Positions 12,001 to 24,004 of a stretch of 64,000 nucleotides of DNA are shown piece after piece. The translations under genes and the position numbers were made by a program. Numbering within the stretch: position 1 is the first letter of the stretch; each line of letters starts with the position of its first letter. The notes below the pieces were generated by a model. That model was not told the origin of the DNA and searched no databases. It saw only the letters and a list, made by a program, of their open reading frames with translations. Source of the stretch: Paraspadella gotoi (Eukaryota; Animalia; Chaetognatha); contig CM119271.1 of assembly GCA_051294375.1 (NCBI GenBank), positions 2,246,677 through 2,310,676 of the forward strand. The letters are read 5' to 3'.

Positions 12001-15000
12001 CCGCGCCATGGTGAGCAGAGAGCCGCGAGAAGGGAACGTCGCGGAATCGTCGGCAGAGGATGAGAAAGAGGAGGAGGGAACGAGGAGGAGTCCGATGGAT
12101 TTGAGTACGAGGCTAAGAAAATGGATCGTTTAACAGTTAGTTCCGTTGAAAAAAAAAAAAAACTTTTCTTTACGCCCCCTCTGGGCCCCGCTCTCACCCA
12201 AACATCTCGTCGGGGATCTGAGCATCGATCGATTCGCTCTGCGACGCCATCGACGACATCAACTCCAAGAAAGACGTCAAGAGAGAGGAGACGACAGAGT
12301 CGGAGATCCAAAGCTTCAGCGAAGTTTCGGCCGCAGCTTGCGACGCCGACCGTCTCGATAGGCGGTCGACGCAGGCGGCGACGACGCCGAGGACGACGTT
12401 GATAGCGAGAATGTGGCGGCGAAGAGCGACGAATGTCTCTGTGGCGTCCGACGCGGGAGAACGAAGTCCGTCAACGAGACTTAATAATTTGTGGATCTTG
12501 GTGGAGGGGAAAAAAAAAACAAATGAATTTGTTAGCCCATTTTCTTATTAAAAAAATTTTTAAAAAACGCTCACTTGATCCTGCAGCTTGTGATAAAGCT
12601 TTTCATAAAGCGGCGAAGCGGTCGCGTTGAGTGGAACGCCACCTTGAGTGATCCGCGAGGATTGGGTGGCGTCCGACTCGGTCAAAACAGTCGCGAACGG
12701 GACGGTCAAGGTTTCCGTTATCGTGAGCGACATGAAGGGAATTAAATAGCTGGAGGAAAGAAGTCGAGTCTCAGAGCGAATGAGAATTATCGGGATAAGA
12801 TTACTTCACTTTAATTACATTCTCATGTTTTGAATTAAGCGTTTATTATTAATTAATTAAAAATACTTACTATTCCTATCTTGTTAAATATCCATTATCC
12901 AATTAGGTATCAAATTTTGTATCATAACGTCTAGTATTTTTGATTTAAGTTTAAAACAAGACTACAACATTAGTTAAATTTTATTCTTATTCGTTTCTCT
13001 TACTATACAGAAGGCTTCATATTATAAAATGTGGTACTGTGGCGGTATATTCAAACCGCTTCACGTCCACCATCCTTCAGCCAAATACTTTGGCTCAGAG
13101 GGGGAACACATCATCCCAGGCGTAGTGTTCCATCCACAGTTCTAACGACTTCCCTCTGCGTTGGCAAAGCGAGACCGTCCTAAGGTAACCGCGCCAGTGA
13201 CTGGAGGCGTCACTGAGGGTCGGAAGCCCCCAAAGCCAACAGTGAGATGCCCCATCCCAATGGGCATTACAGGCAACCCAGCTGTTGCCATAAGTGGTGA
13301 GCCCTACTATCGAACACGCAACCTTCTCAGGGTACGCTACGACAAACGCCTATGCCCTGCCGACTTCGGGTACGCTACGACAAACGCCTATGCCCCCACT
13401 CTCCCACTATGGTAACAGTCTTGTCAGACACCTCTCAGGCTTGAAGAACCTGAGTGATGTCTTGGCCCGGGGATCCTGTGGCGGTATATTCATACCGCCT
13501 CACGTCCACCATCCTTAAGCCAAATACTTTGGCTCACAGGGGGAACACACCATCCCAGGCGTAGTGTTCCATCCACAGTTCTAACGACTTCCCTCTGCAT
13601 TGGCAAAGCGAGACCGTCCTAGGGTAACCGCGCCAGTGACTGGAGGCGTCACTGAGGGTCGGAAGCCCCCAAAGCCAACATTGAGATGCCCCATCCCAAT
13701 GGGCATTACAGGCAACCCGGCTGTTGCCATAGTACCCCTTTTTTGTGACCAGAAACTGTTCCCACCAAACTACCCGATCGAATTTAATGAAATTTTACAT
13801 TTAGAGTGCTAATGACTATATAAATGGAACTATCGAGGCGAATTTTGATATTCAACCCCTGACAAGAGATACAGGGCCCTGGGGGTGGTTCATCGTTTTA
13901 CTTCCAATTAAACTGCTGATGTTCATGAAGCTAAAAATTAAGGTAAATGAATATTTTTGAAACGTCTGTGCAACTGTTCAAAACAAAAATAATTTAAAAA
14001 ATTTGAAAATTTAAAACCATTTTTTTGCCCCCATGGGGGCCCATATCTAGGTTCAGCGGTCAAATATTGAAATTCGCCTCAATAGTTTTATTAGTATTCA
14101 CATAGGGATCATTCATTCCAAATTTCAATAAATTTGGTCCAGTAGTTTTCTTGGAACGAGTTCTGGTCACAAAAAAGGGGTACCTCATTTTATAATATGA
14201 AGCCTTCTGTATATCAGAGAATATGATTTAAAAATTCCTCTGTGTGGCGTTAGGTCATATTGTTATTAATTCATAAAACAGAAAAATAACAATAAATATT
14301 CAATAATTACGTAAGTTATGGCAACAGCTGGATTGCCTGTGATGCTCATTGGGATGGGGCATCTCACTGTTGGCTTGCCCCCTAACATAGAGGCTTCCGA
14401 CCCTTAGTGGCGCCTCCTGTCACTGCCGCGGTTACCCTTGTATGGTCTCGATTTGCCAACACAGAGGTCGTTAGGACTGTGGATGGAACCTAACGCTTGG
14501 GATGGTGCGTTCCCCCTGTGAGCCAATGGGATTGGCTGAACGATGGTGGATATGAGGCGGTGTGTATATGTAGTCGGGCATTGCCTAGGTTCACCCCGCC
14601 TATAAGCATGACACCTTCAGTCCTGACCCGGTGGCTCATTGAGTAAAGCCATCAGCTCATGACCACTAGGTACCGGGTTCAATCCCAACCTGGTACCTAC
14701 CCTGCGGGAAGCGTGAGGACGGCCGTAAGCCGCCTTGGGGGCGTGGCAACCTCTCAAGCCTGGTTCCAAGCCCAGGACCCGTTCCATGGCTACTAAAGGG
14801 GGTTATAGAAGTTACGGATAGTCATCTTCAGCCCACTTAGCGCCTTATCCACATATATACCGCCACAACGTGTCGTTTTTGAGTCATTGTAATTCACAGT
14901 AATATTTTGCGATCAATAATCCAACCCTCGCCACCTTTTCAATCGCCCACTTACACACCTCGCCCCATCCTTGTCCGAGTTGACGCATTTTGCCAAAAAT

Positions 15001-16406
15001 CCGAAAAGTTGCAATTGAATGACCTCCTTGAAAGGCAACGCCGTCGATCCTTCCGGCTTCCTTCGAATCTCCGACTCGATCACTCTCGTCAAGAGTCGGC
15101 AGACGGCGAACTTGAGCGGACTCGAGGTCGCGATCCATAGAGGGCGCGACCCGAGGAGGCACTTGAGGTCGTCCACGATCGTTTCGTGGAAGAAGGAAAG
15201 GGAAGGGGAGGATGGAGGAGGGTGGGGAGTAGCGAGAGAGGAAAGGCCGTCTAGGCAAGCGGCGAGGGGGACCTGGGCCTCCAACATCTCCCCGCTTAAC
15301 TCCTCGTCCTCTTCCTCCCCTTCCTCCGCCCCGAGGACGGCATCGAGGAGGACGAAGAGCAGCCGGACGAGGGCGTCGGCCAGTGGGACGCCGGGCAAAC
15401 CCCGAATGCGGAGGAGCGAAGCGGCGGCGAGTAAGGCGCAAGACTTGACAGGGTAAGGACTTTTCTCGATCGTGTGGATTACGCTCTGCCAAAGGATGTT
15501 TAATAATCGCGGCTGGGAGTCACTCATGTCCACGTGGAACGCCTGTAAATATTGGGGTTTAAGGATAACCACTGGTCTGTCTGATGTCTTTTTTTCTTTA
15601 TTTTTTTTCTTTTTTCGCCCGCACCTCGAGAATCGTGAATATCCCGAGATGCAACAGATCCGCCTCGTCCTCGTCTTTGAGGAAGAAAGCGAACTTGACG
15701 TTGTCATCGCCGTCCTGGTCGTCGTCATCGTCGTCGTCGATTCTCCGCATCTTCGCCGGCGTCGGATTCTCGGCACCGATCCACGCGTCCTCCAAAATGA
15801 AAGGGTGAACTCCATTCGGAAATTCTTCAAAACCTGATCGGAGAGGGATTAGTAGGTAACTATGCGGATCTAGCTACGTTAATTAGTAACTTACCTTTGG
15901 AGAGTTCCAAAAGCAGTCCTACCAAATTGTGCGCGAGGCTGGAAAAGACTGGAAAGTCTGAGCGGCCGACGTGCGCGAGCATGCGTTGGACCAGCTCCAC
16001 AATGGAAGCGGAATGCTCTTGAAAATCCGGCTTGACCAACAGGCGCAGCATGCAGACCAAGACATCTCGAAGGAAACTGAGGTATCTTTAGAAAGGAAAA
16101 AAGAGATAGAATACAGACACGAAACAGAGTTTTTAGATAAGAAAAGAATCGAAGTTTAAAAATTTAGCAACCTGACGTCGTTTTCACCGGAAGTGGCGCT
16201 GACGACGTCGTCGCCGTCGAGCAGTTTGAGAAAGAGCGTCTTGGCTCGCGGGAAAGAGGACGGGGTCCCGTCGAGAATGTCGGTGAAGGCTAAAGAGCGG
16301 GCGGGAAGAGAAAGTAAAAGGGGGAAAAAAAACGACGATTTAAGAAAAGAAAAAGTCACGTACCCGACGCATGATCGGAAATCGCCACCGATAACAACGA
16401 CGACAT
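1..16406 (-). CDS. ATR: Serine/threonine kinase ATR (multi-exon; HEAT, UME and FAT regions; kinase domain lies beyond window start)
   Basis: Exon peptides KCLGELGAIDPG, QDRAAYAIQE, LVGPKHIT..HRVKLMTMLK (UME), LIAKAALASNSPTRALMYFEEHI, YSSLDEPDGV and ECAWKLGQWD match recalled ATR motifs. Introns are GT-AG. The start codon (MSSLLSVA, 16406) is approximate. Confidence 0.93.
4530..5485 (+). CDS. Calponin-homology domain protein (myophilin/MP20/transgelin-like), nested in an ATR intron
   Basis: Spliced exons read AEEKVVRWIAALTG..LANFLHDGVVLCNAINRLVPGAVKKI / ALENINAFRKAVK / DYGVPETKVFLPDDLFKRQNMNEVVKTLVALANQ / AEKHPEYDGPPFK*. Splice sites are canonical and the stop is at 5483-5485. The first exon (ATG 4434?) is uncertain. 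Confidence 0.88.
5168..5402 (+). mobile_element. Degenerate tRNA-derived (SINE- or LTR-like) insertion in an intron of the nested gene
   Basis: GC-richer block with A-box-like TAGTGCATTGG and degenerate B-box GGGTCCTAGCCC inside a GCCGTC...GAATGGC stem (5220-5302). No TSD found. Confidence 0.35.
7654..8009. mobile_element. Solo LTR, family C (copy 1)
   Basis: TG...CA termini and 4-bp TSD TAAA. Near-identical to 59359-59713. Confidence 0.85.
10080..10280. repeat. 70-bp tandem repeat (about 3 units) spanning an ATR exon end and splice donor
   Basis: Units beginning CG(T/G)ACGGAGGAAGTAGAG at 10081, 10151 and 10221. Confidence 0.9.
13008..14209. mobile_element. Tc1/mariner-type MITE whose left TIR is interrupted by a TRIM
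   Basis: TA|CAGAAGGCTTCATATTATAAAATG(T)GGTAC-[insert]-CCCTTTTTTGTGACCAGAA is the reverse complement of 14161-14209 (…AGCCTTCTG|TA). TA flanks both ends, and there are further imperfect inverted repeats inside. Confidence 0.88.
13038..13731 (+). mobile_element. Complete TRIM (miniature non-autonomous LTR retrotransposon), family A
   Basis: Two 255-bp direct repeats (13038-13292 and 13477-13731) with TGTGGC...GCCATA ends. 4-bp TSD GTAC. PBS-like TGGTGAGCCCTAC 2 nt after LTR1. 184-bp non-coding interior. Confidence 0.9.
14317..14867 (-). mobile_element. Diverged solo LTR of family A, containing a nested solo LTR
   Basis: Reverse complement of the 13038 LTR (TATGGCAACAG...TACCGCCACA). Flanks are AAGT/ACGT. 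Confidence 0.82.
14569..14853 (+). mobile_element. Nested solo LTR (family D) with tRNA-type A/B boxes
   Basis: TGTAG...CCACA ends and 4-bp TSD TATA. A box TGGCTCATTGAG at 14632 and B box GGTTCAATCCC at 14676. Confidence 0.8.
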
Positions 16407-16867
16407 TTCCTCGTCCTACCGCAACAGTCGGAGAGCTTCTTTGAAACGATTTCCGAGAAATCGAGAGGAAGCGAGGCTTCTCGCCATCGCTAAAAAAATA
16501 AGTTATCACAGTGGCTACTGAAAAACATGAACAAAATTATCACAGATAATTGCGTCGTGCAAATTAGAGAAGAATAATCGCAAAAAACGGAGTAAATATT
16601 TTCTATTTCCAACCCCCCCCCACAAAAAAAAACGAGTCAGTTGCCTCAGTTTTATACGCATTGGTTGCCTGTTACATTCACCAACTCTCACGCTTAAAAC
16701 CTAAAGAAATCAAAACAAGAATTTTTCAAAAATTTTCATAGTTTAATAAAACACTAGGCAACGCAGTAAAGAAAAAAAAAACGAGAGAAATCACAAAGGC
16801 GACAATTTTTCCCTCCCGCTTCATGCGAGGACAAATTCCGCGGATTGCCTTTCCGATTCCAGCCCTA

Positions 16868-17669
16868 TCATTTAAAAAGAGCCCGCCGATAATAATCCAA
16901 TTCCTCTATGCTCCCCTTAATGTCTTCCAAGGCTCGATGTGAGCCGTTCTTCAACGGCGCCTCTCTGTAGTCCGCCGTGTACCACCTCCGCGCCAACTCC
17001 TTGACCGTGGAGACGTCGATGATGCGGTAGTGGAGGTGGTCGACGAATCGGGGCATGTACTTTTCGAGAAACTTCCTGTCCTGATGGATAGAGTTGCCAG
17101 CCAAAGGGCACGATTGCTTGGGAACGTGTTTTTCCAGAAATTCCACCATCTTGGCCTCGGCGGCTTCGAGGGTTACTTCGCTCTCTCGGCAAGAAGCCGT
17201 GAGTCCAGTGCGTCGGTGTTGTTTCCGGCACCACTTGTCCATTCCGTCTAGGATGGAGTCTTCGACCTGTTAAGGTCGATATTACGATAATATGCAAATA
17301 ACATAAAAGATGCCTCATGCCCATCATCCAAATCGATTTCCTAGGAATCTTACACAACTCCGTCACCTTCAACACAAGCGTCTCCGCCTCGGCGACGACC
17401 TTGAGATTTTGATCCGTGACGAGACACGCCATCTCCATGATGACGTCCTTCTCCACGTCGAGCCCCGTCATCTCGAGATCGACCCAGACGATGGCGTTGC
17501 GATCCATCGCGTCGAACCGGGGGATGGTGAAGAGGGTGAGGGGGACCCGGGGCTCGGGCCAATCGAGGAAGAAGGAAGGGAGATGAGGAGGAGGAGCGAC
17601 GGAGAAGCGAGAAATGGCGAGTTTGGGTTGGATGAAGCAGCGGATCGATCGCGACAGAAGAGACAACAT
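16868..17669 (-). CDS. REXO2: Oligoribonuclease (DEDDh exonuclease) with N-terminal extension
   Basis: Motifs [45 protein letters not shown] and HRALEDI. One intron. Confidence 0.95.
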
Positions 17670-17889
17670 TCGACAGGGGAAGTTTTTTTTTTTTTCACTA
17701 AGTCGAAAATCGAAATCGAAAAGTTTTGATATTTTTAAAAAAAAGTCAAATGCAAGAGGATATAAATACTGTTTTTTAGGGCGTCAGCAAGTCTTGTACG
17801 AATAAACGGGCTGAAGAAATATATATAAAAATTCTTCATCAGAGTGACTAGACAAAACGATACCCTCCCCCCCCCCTCAGGTTTCAACA

Positions 17890-18765
17890 TCATTCCGGAG
17901 TCGAAAACCGTCGAGTCTTCCCTCCCCTTGAACTCCACAAGCCCGTCCTTGTCTCGGCCGGTGCCGGCGCCGGCGCCACGCCCAGTCTCTCGCTCATCGT
18001 TCGCACGGTCTTCGCGTATTCCCTGTTCAACTTCCTCGCCTCCACCAGCGAGAACTTCAAATCCTCGATCTCCTCAAAGAATTCTGGGTCGAGCGCAGAA
18101 AGTTCCGCTTTGAGTCTTTTAACCTCAGAACGCAGTTGGTCGCGCTCCTCCTTCGCGGCGGCCAGCTCCGATGTCGCCGCCGCCGCGTCGGCGATCATCC
18201 GCTTCGACGCGCTCGTCAACGCCTCGATCTCGGTCTTCAGTCTGTCCACTTCCCTCGCCAACTCTGTCGCCTTGGAGGCTTCGGTCGACGCCTCGCGCAA
18301 CTGCACCTCATAGCGCCTGATGATCTTGTTTTGCGTCGTCAAGAGATTGTCGAGCCGTTCGCGCTCGGCCGAGACGACGGGACGAGGTTTGGGTTCGTCG
18401 CCTTTGGCCAGGGATTCGATGGAGACGCGCCAGTCACGCTCGGGAGTGTCTCGTCGATCCTTTCTCGAAGTCGGGCCGTCGGAAGTTGAGCGGCCGAGAC
18501 GCGGCGGGTTCTTTCGATCCTTCAACGGTCGAGACGCTGGATCGCGCTCCAGATTACAATCGACGTCATCGTAAATCGTCAATCCCCTTCGCCTCATTTC
18601 GTACTCGATCCTCAACTCGGCCTCTCGTCGTTTCTCCTTCGATACCAAAATCTCCACTCGAGTTTTAAGTTCTTCGTTTTCTTTGGACAATTTCTTTTGT
18701 TTTCGCCTCAACAATTCGTTCTCGTACTTGATTCGTTGACAAGAACCCAAGTCGGGAATGTCCAT
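17890..18765 (-). CDS. Intronless coiled-coil protein ending in a CEP290 C-terminal-like motif
   Basis: 291-aa ORF. LKAELSALDPEFFEEIEDLKF resembles the recalled CEP290 C-terminus (FDPSFFEEIEDLKY). Confidence 0.7.
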   Translation of the reverse strand: MDIPDLGSCQRIKYENELLRRKQKKLSKENEELKTRVEILVSKEKRREAELRIEYEMRRRGLTIYDDVDCNLERDPASRPLKDRKNPPRLGRSTSDGPTSRKDRRDTPERDWRVSIESLAKGDEPKPRPVVSAERERLDNLLTTQNKIIRRYEVQLREASTEASKATELAREVDRLKTEIEALTSASKRMIADAAAATSELAAAKEERDQLRSEVKRLKAELSALDPEFFEEIEDLKFSLVEARKLNREYAKTVRTMSERLGVAPAPAPAETRTGLWSSRGGKTRRFSTPE

Positions 18766-19003
18766 ATTTTTTTTTTTTTAAAGTGATTGAGAAACTACAT
18801 CAACGTCATATCGATCATAGATTCCGTGTGATTGAATGACTTTATGGAACGAACCTTCCTTGTCTACAGCAAGAAAAAAAGTTATTTATTGAGTAACGCT
18901 TTTGGTAAAGATGGTAGAAGTTTAACGATAACAAGGAATAAAGTCAACAAAAAAAAACTTCTGGATCTATCAAATTCCTCTAATAAAAGCAAAATCCCAA
19001 GAA

Positions 19004-20191
19004 CTACAACTGCAACCGTTCCCACTCCGTCAAACTTTTTACCGACACTCCAACCCCACCGCAAACGACGACGACCACGGTCAGTCCTTTCTTTCCTTCC
19101 GTCACTCGTCCAAACACGTTCTCGTCGTAAACGGCCGAAAGGGCAGCTCCGCATGACGGCTCAACCGCCATCTTGTGGTCATCGGCGAATTCGACGCAGG
19201 AACGAAGCGCCCGCGCGTCGCTAACTACTTCCGATGCAACTGGCGGTCTCGACGACGTCGCGACCGCAAACGCCTCGTCCGCCACTCTCAACGACCCCAG
19301 GGTCTTAGCGACGCTGGAGATCTCCTTCAAAGTCACGGGTCGTCCTGCTTCCAACGCCGCCGACAGGCAGTCCGCGCCCTCAGTCTCCATAGCGACCACT
19401 TTAACGGCGTCCTGCCATCCGTGACGCCGTATGCCCCGTACAACGCCGGCGAGCAATCCGCCGCCGCCCACGGCCACTACGATTAAATCCGGCGGCCGTC
19501 CCTCCACCAAATCCCTCGCCAACTCGTCCACTAGAGTCGCATGACCCTCCCACAAGTCGTCGCCGACGAAGGGATGGACGTGAAGGCATTTGGGATCGGT
19601 CTCTGCCTTTTCCCTGGCTGCGGCGTCCGCCTCGTCGAAGACTCGTCCGACAACGCGGACCGAAGCGCCTTCGTCCGCCAATCGGAGCCGGACGGTCTCG
19701 TTCGTCGTTTCCGGTACGAATATGGTCGCCCGGAGGCCGACCTGTCGCGCGGCATAGGCTGAGGCCAAGCCGGCGTTTCCGCCGGAAGAGGAGACGATGC
19801 TGTCAAAGCCGCGTTCCGCCCCCAGTTGGACGACGTTGCCTAAGTTAGGGATGGCATTGGGGCGCTTTGAAGATTCCCCAAAATCTCTCTTACTGAAGGG
19901 GTGGGGCACAGGTTATAAATTATAAATAATTTACTACAATATGCAAATAAGATTAATGAACTCAATCTCATTTTTACAGAGAGTATCTGTTACATAGGTC
20001 ATAACGCGCATTTTGTCGTCTCATTTGAGAACTCTTGACCTACCGATGCCGCGAATCTTAAAAGAAAAACTAGGCTGGGTATTCTCCAACTTGAGGAGTA
20101 CGGTACAACCAGTTTTCTGAGAAAGGCGTCTGCTTTCAATCAGGGGAGTACGCACGTGCAAGGGACTTTTCTCTGAAGACAATTCGCCCAT
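19004..20191 (-). CDS. SDS: L-serine/threonine dehydratase (PLP-dependent)
   Basis: Motifs LHVRTPL..LKLENTQPSFSFKIRGIG, SSSGGNAG, AVGGGGLL, VEPSCGAA and VVVCGG. Confidence 0.93.
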
Positions 20192-20856
20192 TTTTTTTTT
20201 TTTTTGGTTTGTTTTTCGATCCGTTTATATTTTTTGAGAGTTAGGAACTATACTTTTAAGGAAAGAAGAAAAGTAAAAAACAATTGAAAAAGAAAAAAGA
20301 CGCCAAATTTAGGAAAAATCGTGAACAGGAAACTTCAGACAAAAATTAAGAAAGCACTATCATCTATGAAACTCAGTCGTTATTGATATTAATAACTTTA
20401 AAAAGACGTGAAGCTTTTGAAACTTTAGCAACTCCCCAGTCCGCTGATTTTTGACACAAACGAAATGCTTCATCTTCAAAAAGTGAACTTTCTGCAATCA
20501 TCCTAATCAGCGGACCATTACTAATGGCTAATGGCATTAGCAAGAAAAATATTTACTGGTTTTACACTAAAACTACTAAACTAACAGCACGATGAAAAAA
20601 TTCTAACTGTTTTCAAATCAAGCTGAATTAAACTCGCGAATCGTTGAAATCCCAAACATATAAACATAAAAAATACGTATTACTTTCAAGATGAAAAAGA
20701 AGACTTGAAGTAAATTCGAAGATTCTTTGAAAAAGAATCTGTTCCGATTAGTATTAATTTTATTGATATTAATTTCATTTGATTGTCAAAGTATACAGGA
20801 GGGAAACGGCCCAAAAAAAAATGAGGTTAAGTTTGAAGTAGAAAAGTCATTGAATC

Positions 20857-23663
20857 CTAAGCAAGGTCAGTTTCCATTGGCGCCAAGTTTTCACCTAATT
20901 CAGCCGAGTTAGGTTTACTGCCGACAGCTTCATCGGCGACGTTTTCCACCGATGTTCCGCTTCCAGTCTTCGACCACCGAAATCCCGTAGGCCCCACGCC
21001 CCGAGATTTTTCGCGCACCGACGCCCAAATTCCAGAGGTGGGAGGTGGTGACGATGACGACGCTTCCCTTGAGGCGGCGGCGTCGGAAAAGCCCGTCACC
21101 GAAGCTGGTGTTGAAGATGACGAAAAGTTGACGCTTTCGTCGAGAGACGAAAACGAAGAATCCGACGAGATGCTAGATGCTACAGAAGCGACGCCGGAAG
21201 GACGCGGCGTGGCTCCCTCTTCCCGCAAAGCAGACCACGGAGAAGATGTAGCGTTTGCACGCGATTTGGTAGTGGCGCCGCCCTGTTGTTGCTGCTGCTG
21301 CTGCGGGGAAGTCGGGCGAGAGAAAGGGTTAGACGCCAGCACAGATGGAGATGGGGGGAGGGGCGTAGAGGGCGAGGCAGGGAGAGAGCTCAGAGAGACG
21401 GGATTGTGAGTCGAAGACGTCGGTGCTGCTGCTGCCCCTGACGTCGATCCGCCGACCAGCGGTGGAAGAGGCGCTCGAGGGGAAAGGCCCGGCGACGCGG
21501 TGGGCGTTGGCAGGCTGCGCTCCGGCGTCGACCCACGACTGAATGACGACCTAGAAAACTTAAATGCCGGCTGATCCGAGTCCGAACCTCCGCCGCCCAA
21601 CGCCAAATCGGCGCAGTATATTTTTCTCTTTATGCCCGCGTGACCGGCATTGGCTAACGGGCTCAGGCTCCGCCTGTTCAATACAGGCGAGGCCGGAAGG
21701 CAGGCCTGGCGTCTCGGGGAGAAACACTGCTTGTTGCTGGAAATGCCGGGGCCAGTCCCGCTGCCCGTCGGCGACGGAGAGCAGTTGACGGAGGCCGCGG
21801 GAGAGTTGACGCCGGCCATGTTGATCGACAGACTAGAAAGAGAGGACGCCGGGGTGGAGAGAAAGGCGCCGGGTGGGAGCGGGGAAACGTGAGCCGTCGA
21901 GTTTCCGTTGGAATCGCTGATGGTACGGATGCGTTGTTGAGTCAGGAGCGGCGATTGGCGGGTCGTCGGGGATGAGGCGCCGTTGACGGAGTTGGCGGCG
22001 GCGCCGACCGACGCGATTAGAGACGTGGCGGCGGCGAAGTCGAGACCGAAGGCGGCGCCGAGGCCGCGACCTGAATTGACCGCGGGCGAACCGTTAGAAA
22101 CGCCGGGAGCGCCTCCGCCGAAGAAGGCGTTGGTGGGAAAGGAAGAGGAGGATTCCTCGATTCCCACGAGATCCAGTTTATCGCAGGAACTAGAGATGCT
22201 TTGGACTTCGTTGGTCTCTCTCTCTTCGGCCTCCTCGCGGGCAGTGGGGTTGCAAAGTTCGTCGTTGAGAATCTTGGAGGAAGAGTAGAGATTTTACAAT
22301 AAGATTAAAGAACAATTGATTAATTAAATGGTTTTAAAATAAGGCTAGAGCAGTAGAGCATATGTAATAGTAAAGTATCTTTTGTTCATTTAAAATATAA
22401 TTTTATTCCTCAATCGCATTTGCATATTGTAGCAGTTCAGATTATTTTTCCCCTCTTTTGTTTCGATTTTCTTATAAGTTTTCTTTGACATTTTCAGGCA
22501 TAGTAAAATAATTATTTAGCATTCCAAATAATATTTGAATACTTCATTGAAGTACGTTAGCTTAACAAAAAGCTTAACACGACCAAACTAACTTGTTCCA
22601 GGCGGGATGGAGTTCTCGGCAGCGTGTATGGAGACGTTGACCGCCCCCCGAGCGAGGAGGTGCTGCTTAAACGTCGGAATCGTCTCCTGGCTTCCTCCGA
22701 GTGACCGTCGAGGCTGCCCGACGGCGACATCGAAGATATCGGCTTGAATACGGACGACGAGTTGAGGGAGGCTCGTCGGGTTGGCGAGGGAAGAGGCAAC
22801 GAGGGCGAGTGATTAGGAGGATAACCGGCGTTGCTGAAGGGCAGTTGCTGTTGAAATCCGGCCTCTGTGACTGGGACGACCATACCTCGAACGGACGTCG
22901 AGTCACTCGCCGCCGTCGTGGCGTAACCAGGTGAACCGTTAGGGAAAATGAGCGGGGATTGATCGATGACGGGAGCAGAGTTGCAACGTTTCAACGAGTG
23001 TGACCCGCTCGCAAAGTCCAACCGAAGGTCACGCCGCGGTGCCACTCGAGAGGGATGCGGCGCCGCCTGCCGATGTTGCGAGAAGAGGAAAAGGCTGGAG
23101 GGTGGAATATTCGTGGCGCGAAAGGGCGAGGCCAGTGGTTCCGACGAACATGCCTTCTTGACGGAGGCTTCGGTAAAGGTGGGCACGACCGGCGACTCGG
23201 TCGAGGCCGTCGAAGTCTTCGGTAAATTGCCGTTTGAGAGGCTCGTGGAGGTGGCCAGGATCGAAGATGAGTCGTCGACCGAGGATTTATCGGGACCGCG
23301 GGAGAGAGGGGGTCGGACCGGGGAGTCCTCAGTTCTTTGAGAGGGCAAGGCACCTTGTTCTCCCGAGTCGGAAACATCCTCTCCGCCCTTTCGACCATAA
23401 TTTAAAAGATTGGGCGTGGCGATGGTGAGAAGGCCTTCGAGGGAGGGAGGGCCGACGACGTCGCATCTCAAACCCGGCGTCAGAGGAAACGAAAAGGGTT
23501 TCGAAGACGATGCAGACGACGACGACGACGACGAGGGCGTCGCGGAAGAGTCGTCCGAAGTCTCAAACGCGCTCGATCGATGAGGGGGCGGGGAGTTTTC
23601 GACGTCGGGAAACGGTTTTCGATCGACGTTAGGATCGGAGCCGGGGGAAGACAGAAACGCCAT
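20857..23663 (-). CDS. FAM122A: FAM122/PABIR family protein (PP2A-B55 inhibitor-like), Ser/Pro-rich
   Basis: LKRCNSAPVI, SRLEQ|I, REAEERETNEVQSISSSCDKL, KQCFSP and RRSLSP..IKRK match recalled FAM122 motifs. Two exons. Confidence 0.78.
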
Positions 23664-24004
23664 TTTGAAAGATGGAGAGGGATCGAGGCTACGGAATAGT
23701 GGGAGGTTGAAGGGACTAGGGAAAGAGTCTGTGGGAAGAGATCTTTTCCAAATGTCACATAGTTACTCAACAGCGAAATTTGTATGGTTCTATGTTGTTC
23801 TCTATCGCGTAGAAAAAAGGCGCGCGCGCAAAGGCGCCGCAAAAAAAAAAGACTGCGGATGTAAATAGTAAATGGTAAGAGTACTAATAATAACTATTAA
23901 CTAAATAATAAATAAACAAAAGGATAACGGAGAGTATAAAAGAAAAAGAAAAATCACAGAGGAATATTTTTTTTTATCGGACGAAGCTCGATTGTCTTTT
24001 TTTT

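Noticed and set aside
13161-13812. Duplicated MAKRDRP... ORFs
   Set aside because: They are chance ORFs inside the two TRIM LTRs.
14630-14700. Functional tRNA gene (also 26040-26115 and 5220-5302)
   Set aside because: A/B boxes are present but I could not form a clean cloverleaf or anticodon arm, and the sequences lie within repeated elements or an apparent insertion.
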